A stretch of 64,000 nucleotides of DNA from an uncultured delta proteobacterium (GTDB lineage: Bacteria > Desulfobacterota > Syntrophia > Syntrophales > UBA2185): NCBI GenBank assembly GCA_963695875.1, contig CAVOID010000008.1, positions 32,001-96,000 of the forward strand. Direction: 5' to 3'. The position numbers and the translations under genes were made by a program. The first letter of the stretch is position 1; each line of letters begins with the position of its first letter. Below are positions 41,967 to 51,951 of the stretch, one piece after another. The notes under the pieces are model-generated. The model was not told the origin of the DNA. It made no database searches and was given only the letters and a program-made list of their open reading frames with translations.

Positions 41967-42998
41967 TTATGAGAGGTTTATAAGACATGATCTTAAATTT
42001 GCTCTCTTGTTCTGAAGCCCGAGCTTGTTTCTAATGTTTTTTCTGTGAAAATCAACCGTCCTCTCGGAGACATTTAGTAACTCTCCTATATCCTTACTGG
42101 TCTTACCCTCCTTAACAAGATTTGCTATTTGAATTTCCTTGGAAGTAAGATTTAAATATTTTGAGGATAATCTTTGTGAAAATGAAGAAGTGATATCCCT
42201 AAGATTTGATTCGAGGATGCTTACATGGGCTGCGGCTTTTGTTTTTAGACTGAGCTTCTTTAACTTTTCAATATGAGGAATAACAAGGTTCTTGACGTTT
42301 GCCAGTATCCACTCCTCAAGCTCAGCTTTGTCCTTTTCTCTCTGCTTCAACAAAACTTTTAGAGCCGTATTAAATTCCTCGAGATTTTGAGATTTCATCT
42401 CCAGAGTCTCCTCTGCACGCCTGCGTTCTCCAATCTCATCCGTGAGTTGACGGTTTTTCTGCACAAGTTCGGCAGTACGTTCCTCAACAAGTCGTTCAAG
42501 ATTGTCGTGAGCCTGTCTTAGCGCTTCCTCCGCCTGCTTGCGCTCCTCCAATGTGTCTGTCAGTTTGGATATCAGTTCCTTTTCATTGTCTATTTTCTTC
42601 TTCAGTTCTACATGGGTACGGACTCTCGCGAGCAATTCCGCAGAGTTGAAGGGTTTTGTCACGTAATCCACAGCACCTGCTTCATATCCCTTCAAAATGT
42701 CTTCCGTCTCGTCTTTTACGGTTAGAAATATGACCGGAATATCCTTTGTTGAGGATCCCTTTAATATGTTGCAAACTTCAAATCCGTCCATTTCGGGCAT
42801 CATAATATCCAAAAGGACAAGGTCTGGGTAAATCTTTTCAACTGTATCAAGCGCCTGTCTACCGTTCATGGCGACCGCTATCTGATAATCTTCCCTGCTC
42901 AGTGTCATTGCCAGTACCTGGAGATCGATCGGAGTGTCATCCACAATTAAAATCATAGGCCTTTTTGGTTCTGATGGAATATGAACGTCATTCACCAT
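41967..42998 (-). CDS. Response regulator: receiver + coiled coil + LuxR-type HTH
   Basis: LIVDD, LLDIMMPEMDG, DYVTKPF; LTSKEIQIANLVKEGKTSKDIG...TVDFHRKNIRNKLG. Confidence 0.92.
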   Translation of the reverse strand: MVNDVHIPSEPKRPMILIVDDTPIDLQVLAMTLSREDYQIAVAMNGRQALDTVEKIYPDLVLLDIMMPEMDGFEVCNILKGSSTKDIPVIFLTVKDETEDILKGYEAGAVDYVTKPFNSAELLARVRTHVELKKKIDNEKELISKLTDTLEERKQAEEALRQAHDNLERLVEERTAELVQKNRQLTDEIGERRRAEETLEMKSQNLEEFNTALKVLLKQREKDKAELEEWILANVKNLVIPHIEKLKKLSLKTKAAAHVSILESNLRDITSSFSQRLSSKYLNLTSKEIQIANLVKEGKTSKDIGELLNVSERTVDFHRKNIRNKLGLQNKRANLRSCLINLS

Positions 42999-43087
42999 TT
43001 ATCATCTCCTTAAACTAATAATCCTTTTCTTTATTTAAGCCTTCATAACATCTGTCTTCCCCAGCCTGGGAAAAAAAGTTTTTTTTG

Positions 43088-43849
43088 CTATAATGATTTG
43101 ATTTTGCTAACCAGCTCCGGAAAGGAATTTAAAAGAAGATTGATATTCTCAATATCGAAGTTGCTTACGCACATAAGCAGGTCATCTCCGAATTTCTCCA
43201 GGGGTTTTAGATGGTATTTTTCTCCCTGTGCTTTTATATGACATCCGAAACTGCCGATTTCGTCAAAAATCACACGTTGTTTTATCGTCTCCCACAACGG
43301 CATACTCTCTTTTTCCAGTTGACGGATGACCTCTTTGAGCTCCGTTGGACTTTCATATGCCCACTCGGCTGCTGCCTCTTTTTCAAATTTTTTTACCAAA
43401 CCTTTCGCGCCTGGAGCATCCAAACATTTGACCGATTCCAATACCTGTCTCAAGGCCTGGTCGAAAACCTCTAACATGGAATCGAATTTTTCGAGTATTT
43501 GTTGCTTGATGCACTTCTCTAATTCGGATGCGACGGCATGCAGATCTTTAGCAGAAAGATTACCAGATACTCCCTTAATGGTATGAGCCAAGTGCACAGC
43601 CGTGTCCATGTCGTTACGCTTCAGGGCAGCTTTAATCTCATCCGTCACACCCGCATAATCACGGGAAAACACCAGCAATAGCCGGATAAATAATTTCCTA
43701 TCCCCTCCTATTCGTTCCAGCCCCGCGGGGATATCAAAGCCGGGTAGAGTGTCGGGAAGGGTTTTCTCAGGTCTTTTCACCGATTTTATAGCCAGTGATT
43801 GCATACATAGGATTAATTTTTGAACAAAATATATGATTCTATCTATCAT
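43088..43849 (-). CDS. Hpt-domain protein (resembles the C-terminus of a hybrid kinase)
   Basis: LPGFDIPAGLERIGG...LAHTIKGVSGNLSA; N-terminal ~25 aa uncertain. Confidence 0.78.
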   Translation of the reverse strand: MIDRIIYFVQKLILCMQSLAIKSVKRPEKTLPDTLPGFDIPAGLERIGGDRKLFIRLLLVFSRDYAGVTDEIKAALKRNDMDTAVHLAHTIKGVSGNLSAKDLHAVASELEKCIKQQILEKFDSMLEVFDQALRQVLESVKCLDAPGAKGLVKKFEKEAAAEWAYESPTELKEVIRQLEKESMPLWETIKQRVIFDEIGSFGCHIKAQGEKYHLKPLEKFGDDLLMCVSNFDIENINLLLNSFPELVSKIKSL

Positions 43850-44110
43850 GATTTATATCATAAATCTACTGATTATATGGGTAAAATTGGATGCTCCTTT
43901 GTGAAAAATAGGTTACCGTCCAAACACATAAATAAATGTTTGAACGAACAGTAATCGAAAAATAGAGGGCAGCCGTTTACACGTATTGAATATTTCAGAA
44001 CAGGCTGTATATCTTCTGATAATAGGAAATGATTCGGATAAACAAATAATGCTTGTCTTTTTATGTTGTATATATATAATTCTTTCGCAATGTGGTAAGG
44101 AGTTAAGAAA

Positions 44111-44597
44111 GTGAAAATCGGGGTAATTTCGGATACCCATCTTACCTGTTGTGATGACCGGCTCATACACCTTCTGCACGATCATTTTCGTGATGTTGAT
44201 TTGATTTTGCATGCAGGGGATCTTGTTGATATCAGAGTTCTTGATGCATTTACGGGGAAAGACCTTAGGGCTGTGTGCGGCAATATGGATCCATTGTCGG
44301 TCAGGAAGTCTCTTCCTGACCGACTGATTCTTAACATAAACAACTATGAGGTAGGGCTTATTCATGGATGGGGTATGCCTTTTGGTATTGAGAATAAGAT
44401 ATTAAAAGAAATAGGGCATGTGGATTGTCTTGTTTACGGTCATACGCACCGGCCAGTCAATGAAGTAAAGAATGGTATACTCTTTTTCAATCCCGGATCA
44501 GCGACTGATAAACGATTCGCGTCCCGCAACACAGTAGGTATTCTTGAGATTGGGGAAAGGAATCAAAGGTGAAATCATCGAACTGAGTGATTTATAA
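44111..44597 (+). CDS. YfcE-like metallophosphoesterase (3' frameshift)
   Basis: ISDTH, HAGD, GNMD, HG, GHTH, NPGS. Confidence 0.9.
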
Positions 44598-44608
44598 GGT
44601 TCCGTACT

Positions 44609-45094
44609 ATGGAAAAAATATACGCGCCCTGGAGAATGACATACATAAAGAGTAAGAAGCCGGAAGGCTGCATCTTTTGCAAGGACTCAATAAGATGCAA
44701 TGATCTTGTTCTTTTTGAAGGGAAGACCGCATTCATAATGATGAATCGCTATCCATATATAAGCGGTCATCTCATGATAATTCCTTTCAGACACATAAGT
44801 CGAATGGAGGATCTTCTCCCTGGAGAAAAACTGGAGATATTCAACCTTCAGGACGTATCTGTCAGAGTTTTAAAAAATGTTGTGAACCCTGATGGTTTTA
44901 ATATCGGTATGAATTTGGGAAAAGCCGCCGGTGCCGGGGTAGACGATCATATTCATGTGCATATCGTGCCGAGATGGAGCGGGGATACAAACTTTATGAG
45001 CGTTGTGGGGGATGTACGTGTAATCCCCGAAGATATATACAAAACTTATGAGCTTCTTCTGCCACATTTTGAAAAATATCGTCTGGAGGTCTAA
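44609..45094 (+). CDS. HIT family nucleotide hydrolase
   Basis: APWRM.YI, CIFC, NRYPY..GH, HIHVHIVPRW. Confidence 0.93.
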   Translation: MEKIYAPWRMTYIKSKKPEGCIFCKDSIRCNDLVLFEGKTAFIMMNRYPYISGHLMIIPFRHISRMEDLLPGEKLEIFNLQDVSVRVLKNVVNPDGFNIGMNLGKAAGAGVDDHIHVHIVPRWSGDTNFMSVVGDVRVIPEDIYKTYELLLPHFEKYRLEV

Positions 45095-45095
45095 G

Positions 45096-45413
45096 ATGAA
45101 AGTTATCTATACTATTATTATGGTTCTAGTTATGCTTTTTATTATTACGTTCTCATTGGAGAATACACTTGCTATCAAGTTAAAGTACTATGATCTTGTC
45201 AATGTAACCGCCCCAACATACATGCTGGTTTTTATTTCGTTTCTTGTTGGCGTCATCTTTACGGGGTTCATGGGAATTGTGGAAAGATTCCGATTGAACA
45301 GGACCATTACTAAGTTAAATAAAACGATCAGAGAACTAAGAAGAGAAGTCAGGGATAGTAAGAAGGAATCATTAATTGATGAGGAAATGAAAGTTCCCAG
45401 TGAACAGGGATAA
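45096..45413 (+). CDS. LapA-family membrane protein
   Basis: Two TM segments (FSLEN motif) followed by a basic coiled coil. Confidence 0.75.
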   Translation: MKVIYTIIMVLVMLFIITFSLENTLAIKLKYYDLVNVTAPTYMLVFISFLVGVIFTGFMGIVERFRLNRTITKLNKTIRELRREVRDSKKESLIDEEMKVPSEQG

Positions 45414-45448
45414 ATGTTTAAGAAATTGTTTACGGACTGTCTGGACAC

Positions 45449-45916
45449 TTGAAGTTCATAACTGATGCTAACCTGGGGAAATTAGCCAAGTGGCTGCGTA
45501 TTTTAGGCTATGATACTGTGTTCTATAAGGGGGATGCGAATCGAAACTTTTTGAGGAAGGCCGAGAGTGAGGGAAGAGTCGTTCTGACAAGAATAAAAGA
45601 TATGGAACGGAGACAATTTTCAGGCCAGCTTGTCATGATTCATAGTGATCAAGTCCAAGAGCAACTCAGAGAGGTGATGGATAAGCTGCATCTCCTTCCG
45701 GATTTGGACCGGTCATTCAGCATCTGCCTGAGATGCAATGAAGTATTAATCAAGGTTGGGGGAGAAGAAATTTCCGGCTTGGTACCGGACCATGTATTTG
45801 CGAATCATACCGAATTTCATATGTGTCCACGCTGTAAGGGTATATTCTGGCCAGGTACGCATATGGACAACGCCCGTCGCTATCTCAAGACGCACATTCA
45901 GCGTCATCACCCCTGA
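45449..45916 (+). CDS. Mut7-C RNase domain protein
   Basis: DANLGKLAKWLRILGYD, LTR, CLRCN, CPRC..IFWPGTH. Confidence 0.9.
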   Translation: MKFITDANLGKLAKWLRILGYDTVFYKGDANRNFLRKAESEGRVVLTRIKDMERRQFSGQLVMIHSDQVQEQLREVMDKLHLLPDLDRSFSICLRCNEVLIKVGGEEISGLVPDHVFANHTEFHMCPRCKGIFWPGTHMDNARRYLKTHIQRHHP

Positions 45917-46376
45917 TTTTTTCAACAGCATGTTTCAATGCAGGCAGGATGACTGTGAGGTTCTCCCTTACGGCCTTTGGAGAGCCGGGGAGATTTACAA
46001 TCAATGATCTGCCCCTGATCCCAACCACAGCCCTTGAAATCATTGCATGCGGCGTTATTGCTGCACTCACCCGTCGCATTGCCTCTGCCATACCCGGCAC
46101 TTCCTTATCGATCACTTCGAGAGTTGCATCCGGGGTTAAATCCCTAGGACTAACGCCAGTGCCACCCGTTGTTATAATCAGATCAAGTTTCATTCTATCA
46201 GTGCAGTCAATAAGTATCTCTCTTATTTTATCCTTCTCATCAGGGATTATCGTGGAATGAGCAATATTCACACCTATATCTTTCAACATGGAAACAATTT
46301 CCTGACCGCTCCTATCTTCTCGTTCCCCCCGGGACCCTTTATCACTAACGGTTATGACACCCGCATTAAATATCAA
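45885..46376 (-). CDS. mog: Molybdopterin adenylyltransferase (Mog/MoaB family)
   Basis: TVSD, DRSG, TTGGTG.SPRD.TP, NLPGSPKAV. Confidence 0.9.
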   Translation of the reverse strand: MIFNAGVITVSDKGSRGEREDRSGQEIVSMLKDIGVNIAHSTIIPDEKDKIREILIDCTDRMKLDLIITTGGTGVSPRDLTPDATLEVIDKEVPGMAEAMRRVSAAITPHAMISRAVVGIRGRSLIVNLPGSPKAVRENLTVILPALKHAVEKIRGDDAECAS

Positions 46377-46418
46377 TTGATTACCTCATAAAGCAGAAAA
46401 TATAGGCCTATTAAGAAG

Positions 46419-46544
46419 GGGGACATTGTTAAAAGCTGCAGACGTGAGGCGCGCGAATCCTGGGGAACAGGGCGTACCTTCTGGTAAGTTGCAGTGCCTA
46501 TAGATGAAGCACAATGAAGCATACGTAATTTTTACGAAGCCGCC
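46419..46544 (-). repeat. Dispersed MITE/REP-like element, copy immediately after the fusA paralog stop
   Basis: Reverse strand GGCGGCTTCGTAAAAA...TTGTGCTTCAT...GTACGCC..TTCCCCAGGATTCGCGCGCCT...TTTTAACAAT, colinear with 17172-17322. Confidence 0.7.
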
Positions 46545-46548
46545 CAGT

Positions 46549-48627
46549 TTACTGTTGCTCCTTTTTAGATTCAGCTGTGATCTTCTCTGCAATAAAGGAT
46601 GGCACCTCTTCGTAATGTGAATGCTCGTATGTGAATGTTCCTCTGCCGCTGGTCATTGATCGAAGATCGGGTGCATATCTGAGAATCTCCGCTAGGGGCA
46701 CTTGACCTTTTATGATCCTGTTTGCACCTTTTGATTCCATACCTATGATTTTGCCACGCCGGCCGTTTAGATCCCCGATCACGTCACCCATGTATTCATC
46801 CGGGATCTCTATATCGATGTTAACAATAGGTTCGAGCAGTATAGGCTGGCACGCCATTACACCTTTTTTAAATCCCATAGAGCCGGCAATTTTGAATGCC
46901 ATTTCAGAAGAATCAACGGTGTGATAAGACCCATCCACCAGGGAAACCCGGACGTCAACGACAGGGTATCCGGCTAGAACACCCTCTGCCATAGCTTCCA
47001 CAATTCCTTTGTCAACAGCAGGTCGATACTGTTGCGGGATGACACCGCCGACGATCCTATCGACAAATTCAAATCCTCCACCACGTGGCAGGGGTTCTAT
47101 ATCAAGCCAACAATCTCCGAACTGTCCACGGCCTCCGGACTGTTTCTTGTACTTGCCCTGGACGTTTGTCTTGCCCTTGATTGTCTCCTTATAGGGAACC
47201 TTAGGTGTTTTCAATGTTACTTCCACACCAAATTTCCGTTTCATTTTTTCAACAGAGACTTCGATATGCACCTGTCCCATCCCGGACAGTATCATTTCCC
47301 TGGTTTGTTCATCCCGGTGAAACGTTAAGGTTGGGTCTTCTTCAATAATTCGGTTTATAGAGGAGACTATCTTTTCCTCGTCACCCCTGCTTTTCGGAGA
47401 TACGGCAAAGGACATGATTGGCGGCGGCGGTATAACTCTGTTGTAAACGATGGGGGATTTCTCAATGCATACTGTATCGCCGGTGGCTGTCTCCTTCAGT
47501 TTGGCAACTGCCGCAATATCTCCTGGAACCAAAGATTCAACAGGTTTCTGATTCTTTCCCTCAAGATAAAAGATATTTCCAAATCTTTCCGAGGTCTTTC
47601 TTGTCGAGTTATAAAACGAAGAGTCAGATTTGACCGTACCGGAATAGACGCGGAATACTGTCAATCTTCCGGCATATGGATCTGCAATAGTTTTAAAGAC
47701 GAAGGCGGAAAAGGGGTCTGCTTCCGCCGGCTTTCTTACTTCCTTCTCATCCTTACCCGGTTTCTTCCCCTCAACCGGACCGCGATCCACAGGGGAGGGA
47801 AGGGTGCTTATGATGAAATTGATCAGGTTTGCAATACCGATATTCTTCAGTGCAGAACCGCAAACAACGGGGATGAGAGCCCCGGCTATTACAGCCTTCC
47901 GGAGACCGTCTACCAAGTCAGTATCGCTGAGATCCCCCGTGTTCAGATATTTGTCCATCAACGCCTCGTCTGACTCAGCGATATCCTCAACCATTGTCTC
48001 CCGGCTCTTTTCGACAGCATCCTTCATATCGGATGGAATATCTGTTGTTTTGTAGGAGCCTTTCAGATCGTCAAAAATCAGGGCTTTTCTATTTACGAGA
48101 TCTATTATGCCATTAAAGGAGTCTTCCTTGCCGATGGGGAGAAATATGGGAGTCACCTTTTTTCCTAGACGGCTCTTGATGCTCTCGACACTCTTTTCAA
48201 AATTCGCCCTTTCCCTGTCCAATCTATTGATAAAGACGATGCGGGACAGCTGATACTCATCGGAGTATTCCCATACCTTCTCGGTTTGAAATTCGACGCC
48301 GCCGACGCCATCGATCACAATAATGACACCATCGGCAACACGTAGACAATTTCTTGTATCGTAGGCGAAATTGGAATCACCCGGAGTATCAAGGAGAGTA
48401 ATTTTATATTTTTCCCATTCGACGAAATTCGTGGCGGCGCTTATGGAGATATGTCTTTTCTGTTCCTCCGGCTCAAAGTCCAGCGTGGATGTTCCTTCAT
48501 CAACTCTCCCCGGCCGGTCTGTTTTACCCGCGATATAAAGCATTGATTCACATAGAGTCGTTTTTCCTGTTCCTCCGTGTCCGACAACGGCCACATTTCG
48601 TAAAGAATTAGATTCGTACTTTGACAT
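46549..48627 (-). CDS. fusA: Elongation factor G paralog (EF-G2-like)
   Basis: Full five-domain EF-G (KKQSGGRGQF, DSSEMAF, LLEPI, LRSMTSGRG); divergent G motifs GHGGTGKT, RHISI, DTPGD, NRLD; not in the str operon. Confidence 0.92.
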   Translation of the reverse strand: MSKYESNSLRNVAVVGHGGTGKTTLCESMLYIAGKTDRPGRVDEGTSTLDFEPEEQKRHISISAATNFVEWEKYKITLLDTPGDSNFAYDTRNCLRVADGVIIVIDGVGGVEFQTEKVWEYSDEYQLSRIVFINRLDRERANFEKSVESIKSRLGKKVTPIFLPIGKEDSFNGIIDLVNRKALIFDDLKGSYKTTDIPSDMKDAVEKSRETMVEDIAESDEALMDKYLNTGDLSDTDLVDGLRKAVIAGALIPVVCGSALKNIGIANLINFIISTLPSPVDRGPVEGKKPGKDEKEVRKPAEADPFSAFVFKTIADPYAGRLTVFRVYSGTVKSDSSFYNSTRKTSERFGNIFYLEGKNQKPVESLVPGDIAAVAKLKETATGDTVCIEKSPIVYNRVIPPPPIMSFAVSPKSRGDEEKIVSSINRIIEEDPTLTFHRDEQTREMILSGMGQVHIEVSVEKMKRKFGVEVTLKTPKVPYKETIKGKTNVQGKYKKQSGGRGQFGDCWLDIEPLPRGGGFEFVDRIVGGVIPQQYRPAVDKGIVEAMAEGVLAGYPVVDVRVSLVDGSYHTVDSSEMAFKIAGSMGFKKGVMACQPILLEPIVNIDIEIPDEYMGDVIGDLNGRRGKIIGMESKGANRIIKGQVPLAEILRYAPDLRSMTSGRGTFTYEHSHYEEVPSFIAEKITAESKKEQQ

Positions 48628-48808
48628 GGAAACTCCTTTCTACAACCACCAAAAACAAATGTTCTATGTGCTTGCGGTGTGTAGCGTATTCTTCCTTCCA
48701 AAGTCAAGTCAATTTTCTGTTTGGACAACAAACTCTCCTTGACTTTTGATGAGCTTATGTTAATTTTACATCTCTGAAATGCCATGAGGATATTTCATAG
48801 GAATAAAG

Positions 48809-48994
48809 ATGCCCAAAAATTTTTATACCTTCCTGATAATCCCCAAGAAAAAAAGTTCAGCTAAGAAATTTACGCTTTCGAGTAGGCTTTTAACCGGTGT
48901 TGTTTTGTGCATAATAATTATTATCCTGTCTTCCATGTATACATATTATGACTGTCTAGAAATAGAGCTGGATAAGATGGGGTATACCTATTGA
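48809..48994 (+). pseudogene. Truncated N-terminus of a probable membrane-anchored M23 peptidase
   Basis: FYTFLIIP...KKFTLS + TM + YYD resembles N-termini of Desulfobacterota M23 peptidases; stops after 61 aa, just before a repeat element; RBS-like AGGA present. Confidence 0.55.
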
Positions 48995-49019
48995 CTCAAG
49001 AAAGTATTTGAATCAGATG

Positions 49020-49220
49020 TGACGGTTTCGTAAAAAATGGCCCCCATTTTCACGGGGGCGGACTCCAGATTAAGTTGCACCGCACCCCTCGCATTGCAAT
49101 TACGGTGACATGGATCTGTATAAGAATAATTCTTCATGGTTTGTTCGCCTTGTTGCGGGAGCATTTTGCCCAAGGTATTTTCTTCATTTCAGCTTGGGAC
49201 TTTTCTTTACAAGGTCATTG
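49020..49220 (+). repeat. Dispersed MITE/REP-like element, copy upstream of secA
   Basis: TGACGGTTTCGTAAAAAA start, CCCCC-ATTTTCAC-GGGGG hairpin + CGGACTCCAG, end GGACTTTTCTTTACAAGGTCATTG. Confidence 0.65.
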
Positions 49221-49312
49221 AATTTTGCCCATTGATCTGTAATATCCCAGATTGATGGTTATTGTTATCTAACATCCCGGTTTTATACCGGTTTTTTTAA
49301 AAAGGGTTATGA

Positions 49313-51832
49313 ATGATTTTGTCTTTACTGGAAAAGGTAATAGGCAGTAAAAATGATCGCGAATTAAAAAGACTGTCTTTGATCCTTGATGAAATAAATG
49401 CTCTTGAGCCGTCCATGATTGCTCTCAGTGATGGAGAATTAAAAGTTAAGACGCCGTATTTTCGGGAGAGGCTGAGGAATGGTGAGGAACTCGATGATAT
49501 CATCGTTGAGGCTTTAGCTGTTGCTAGAGAAGCTGCCAGACGAACTGTATTTATGAGACCTTTTGATGTTCAGATTATCGGGGGTCTGGTACTCAATGAA
49601 GGCAAGATTGCTGAGATGAAAACAGGAGAGGGTAAAACCCTGGCGGCAACAATGCCACTCTATCTGAATGCCCTAACCGGAGAAGGTTGTCACTTGGTAA
49701 CGGTGAATGATTACTTGGCAAAGAGGGATGCGGAGTGGATGGGGCCTATTTACAAATTCCTGGGACTAACTGTCGGTGTTGTTGTGCATGGCATGGATGA
49801 TAATGAAAGAAGGAAAGCATATCATGCCGATATCACGTACGGCACCAATAACGAATTTGGTTTCGATTACCTCCGTGATAACATGAAGTTCAGCCTCGAA
49901 GATTATGTTCAACGAGACTTCAACTATGCCATAGTTGATGAAGTAGACAGCATCCTCATCGATGAAGCAAGAACCCCTCTTATAATATCCGGTCCATCTG
50001 AGGAGTCTACCGATAAATATTACAGAATCAATCAAATAATACCAGGATTAAGAAGGGACAAGGATTACACTATTGATGAAAAAAGCCGTACCGTTGTTTT
50101 AACCGAAGAGGGTGTGGCACGGGTGGAAAAATATCTCAAGGTGCAAAACCTATTTGAACCAAGGAACATGGAACTTCTTCATCACGTAAATCAGGCATTG
50201 AAGGCTCACACATTATTCAAACGTGATGTTGATTATCTGGTGAGAGATGGTCAGGTCATCATTGTTGATGAATTTACAGGAAGAGTAATGCCGGGAAGAA
50301 GGTATAGTGATGGTCTGCATCAAGCTCTGGAGGCAAAAGAAAAAGTAAAAATAGAACGTGAAAATCAGACACTTGCCTCAATAACATTCCAGAATTACTT
50401 TAGGATGTATAAGAAACTTGCTGGGATGACAGGTACTGCCGATACTGAAGCGGCCGAATTTAAAAAGATTTATAATCTAGATGTTGTTGTCGTTCCGACA
50501 AATATGCCGATGATACGTATAGATAATCCCGACGTGATATACAAAACTGAAGTAGAAAAATTTAATGCCGTTATTGATGAGATTAAGGCGCTACACAAAG
50601 AAAAGAGACCTGTTCTGGTCGGCACGATATCGATTGCAAAGTCTGAACTCTTGAGCAGGAATCTTTCACGTACCGGGATCAAGCATCATGTACTTAACGC
50701 TAAACATCATGAGAAAGAGGCGGAAATTATCGCCCAGGCCGGACAGCCCGGGATGGTAACCATATCCACTAATATGGCAGGCCGCGGAACCGATATAAAG
50801 CTCGGCGAAGGCATTGCTGAGCTCGGCGGTCTTCATATTCTCGGCACGGAGAGGCATGAAAGCCGCCGTATCGATAATCAGCTAAGGGGCAGGTCGGGCC
50901 GCCAGGGGGATATGGGCTCTTCACGATTTTATCTGGCACTGGAAGATGATCTTTTGAGGATATTCGGTGCCGAGAGGATATCATCCATAATGGACAAAAT
51001 AGGCATGGAAGAGAATCAGCCTATTGAACACAAGCTGATTTCGAAGGCCATCGAAAATGCACAAAAAAGGGTCGAAGCGCATAATTTCGATATTCGAAAG
51101 CACTTGTTGGAATTTGACGATGTAATGAACAGACAGAGACAGGTAATTTATGAACAGCGCAAAAGGGTACTTAAGGGTGAGGATCTGTGGTCCGATGTTG
51201 AGGAGATGTTGGAAGAACTCGTTGGGGAAACAGTTCCGGAGCATATAGATGAGAAAGCCCATCCTGAGGAATGGAATCTGAAGGGATTGGATGATGTCGT
51301 ATTCAAACAATTTTCTTTGCGATTGAACCTCAAGGAAGCCGGTATGAATATGGGCAGGGATGCCATCGAGGAAGAAATCATTTCCAGAGTGAAAACATTA
51401 CTGAAGAACAAGGAACAGGAATACGGCAAGCCCCTCATGGACTATCTCATGAAAGTTATTATGTTGCAGTCTATTGATACCCACTGGAAGGATCATTTAC
51501 TAAGTATGGATCACCTGAAGGAAGGCATTGGTCTCAGGGGATACGGGCAGAAGGATCCAGTCAGGGAATATCAAAAAGAGGGTTATGAGATGTTCATGGA
51601 CATGATCCACCGTGTTAAAGAAGACACTATCGAAAAACTCTGTATAGTAAGGATCCAGAGGGAAGAAGAGGTCGAAGAAATGCGGGAACAGGCCAATCAG
51701 GATTATATCTTGAGCAGGGGTGAAGATATGGCAGAACCGTCTACCGTGAAGAGGGATGCTAAGAAAGTGGGTAGAAATGATCCGTGCCCATGCGGTAGTG
51801 GGAAGAAATATAAGAAATGTTGCGGTCAATGA
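49313..51832 (+). CDS. secA: Preprotein translocase subunit SecA
   Basis: [50 protein letters not shown]-terminal [18 protein letters not shown]. Confidence 0.98.
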   Translation: MILSLLEKVIGSKNDRELKRLSLILDEINALEPSMIALSDGELKVKTPYFRERLRNGEELDDIIVEALAVAREAARRTVFMRPFDVQIIGGLVLNEGKIAEMKTGEGKTLAATMPLYLNALTGEGCHLVTVNDYLAKRDAEWMGPIYKFLGLTVGVVVHGMDDNERRKAYHADITYGTNNEFGFDYLRDNMKFSLEDYVQRDFNYAIVDEVDSILIDEARTPLIISGPSEESTDKYYRINQIIPGLRRDKDYTIDEKSRTVVLTEEGVARVEKYLKVQNLFEPRNMELLHHVNQALKAHTLFKRDVDYLVRDGQVIIVDEFTGRVMPGRRYSDGLHQALEAKEKVKIERENQTLASITFQNYFRMYKKLAGMTGTADTEAAEFKKIYNLDVVVVPTNMPMIRIDNPDVIYKTEVEKFNAVIDEIKALHKEKRPVLVGTISIAKSELLSRNLSRTGIKHHVLNAKHHEKEAEIIAQAGQPGMVTISTNMAGRGTDIKLGEGIAELGGLHILGTERHESRRIDNQLRGRSGRQGDMGSSRFYLALEDDLLRIFGAERISSIMDKIGMEENQPIEHKLISKAIENAQKRVEAHNFDIRKHLLEFDDVMNRQRQVIYEQRKRVLKGEDLWSDVEEMLEELVGETVPEHIDEKAHPEEWNLKGLDDVVFKQFSLRLNLKEAGMNMGRDAIEEEIISRVKTLLKNKEQEYGKPLMDYLMKVIMLQSIDTHWKDHLLSMDHLKEGIGLRGYGQKDPVREYQKEGYEMFMDMIHRVKEDTIEKLCIVRIQREEEVEEMREQANQDYILSRGEDMAEPSTVKRDAKKVGRNDPCPCGSGKKYKKCCGQ

Positions 51833-51951
51833 AAAGCATACTATAGTGAAGATAACAGACCTTTTAGTAAAGGTATGGCTGAGGGAAGTAACCCCGATTT
51901 TGAATAACATCTTATGAAAACAATCACCAATTTTGCCAAGCTCTCAATACT

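Noticed and set aside
45449..45916. Mut7-C (PIN-like) RNase as a toxin-antitoxin toxin
   Set aside because: No antitoxin-like neighbour; sits in a housekeeping-type yfcE-HIT-lapA run
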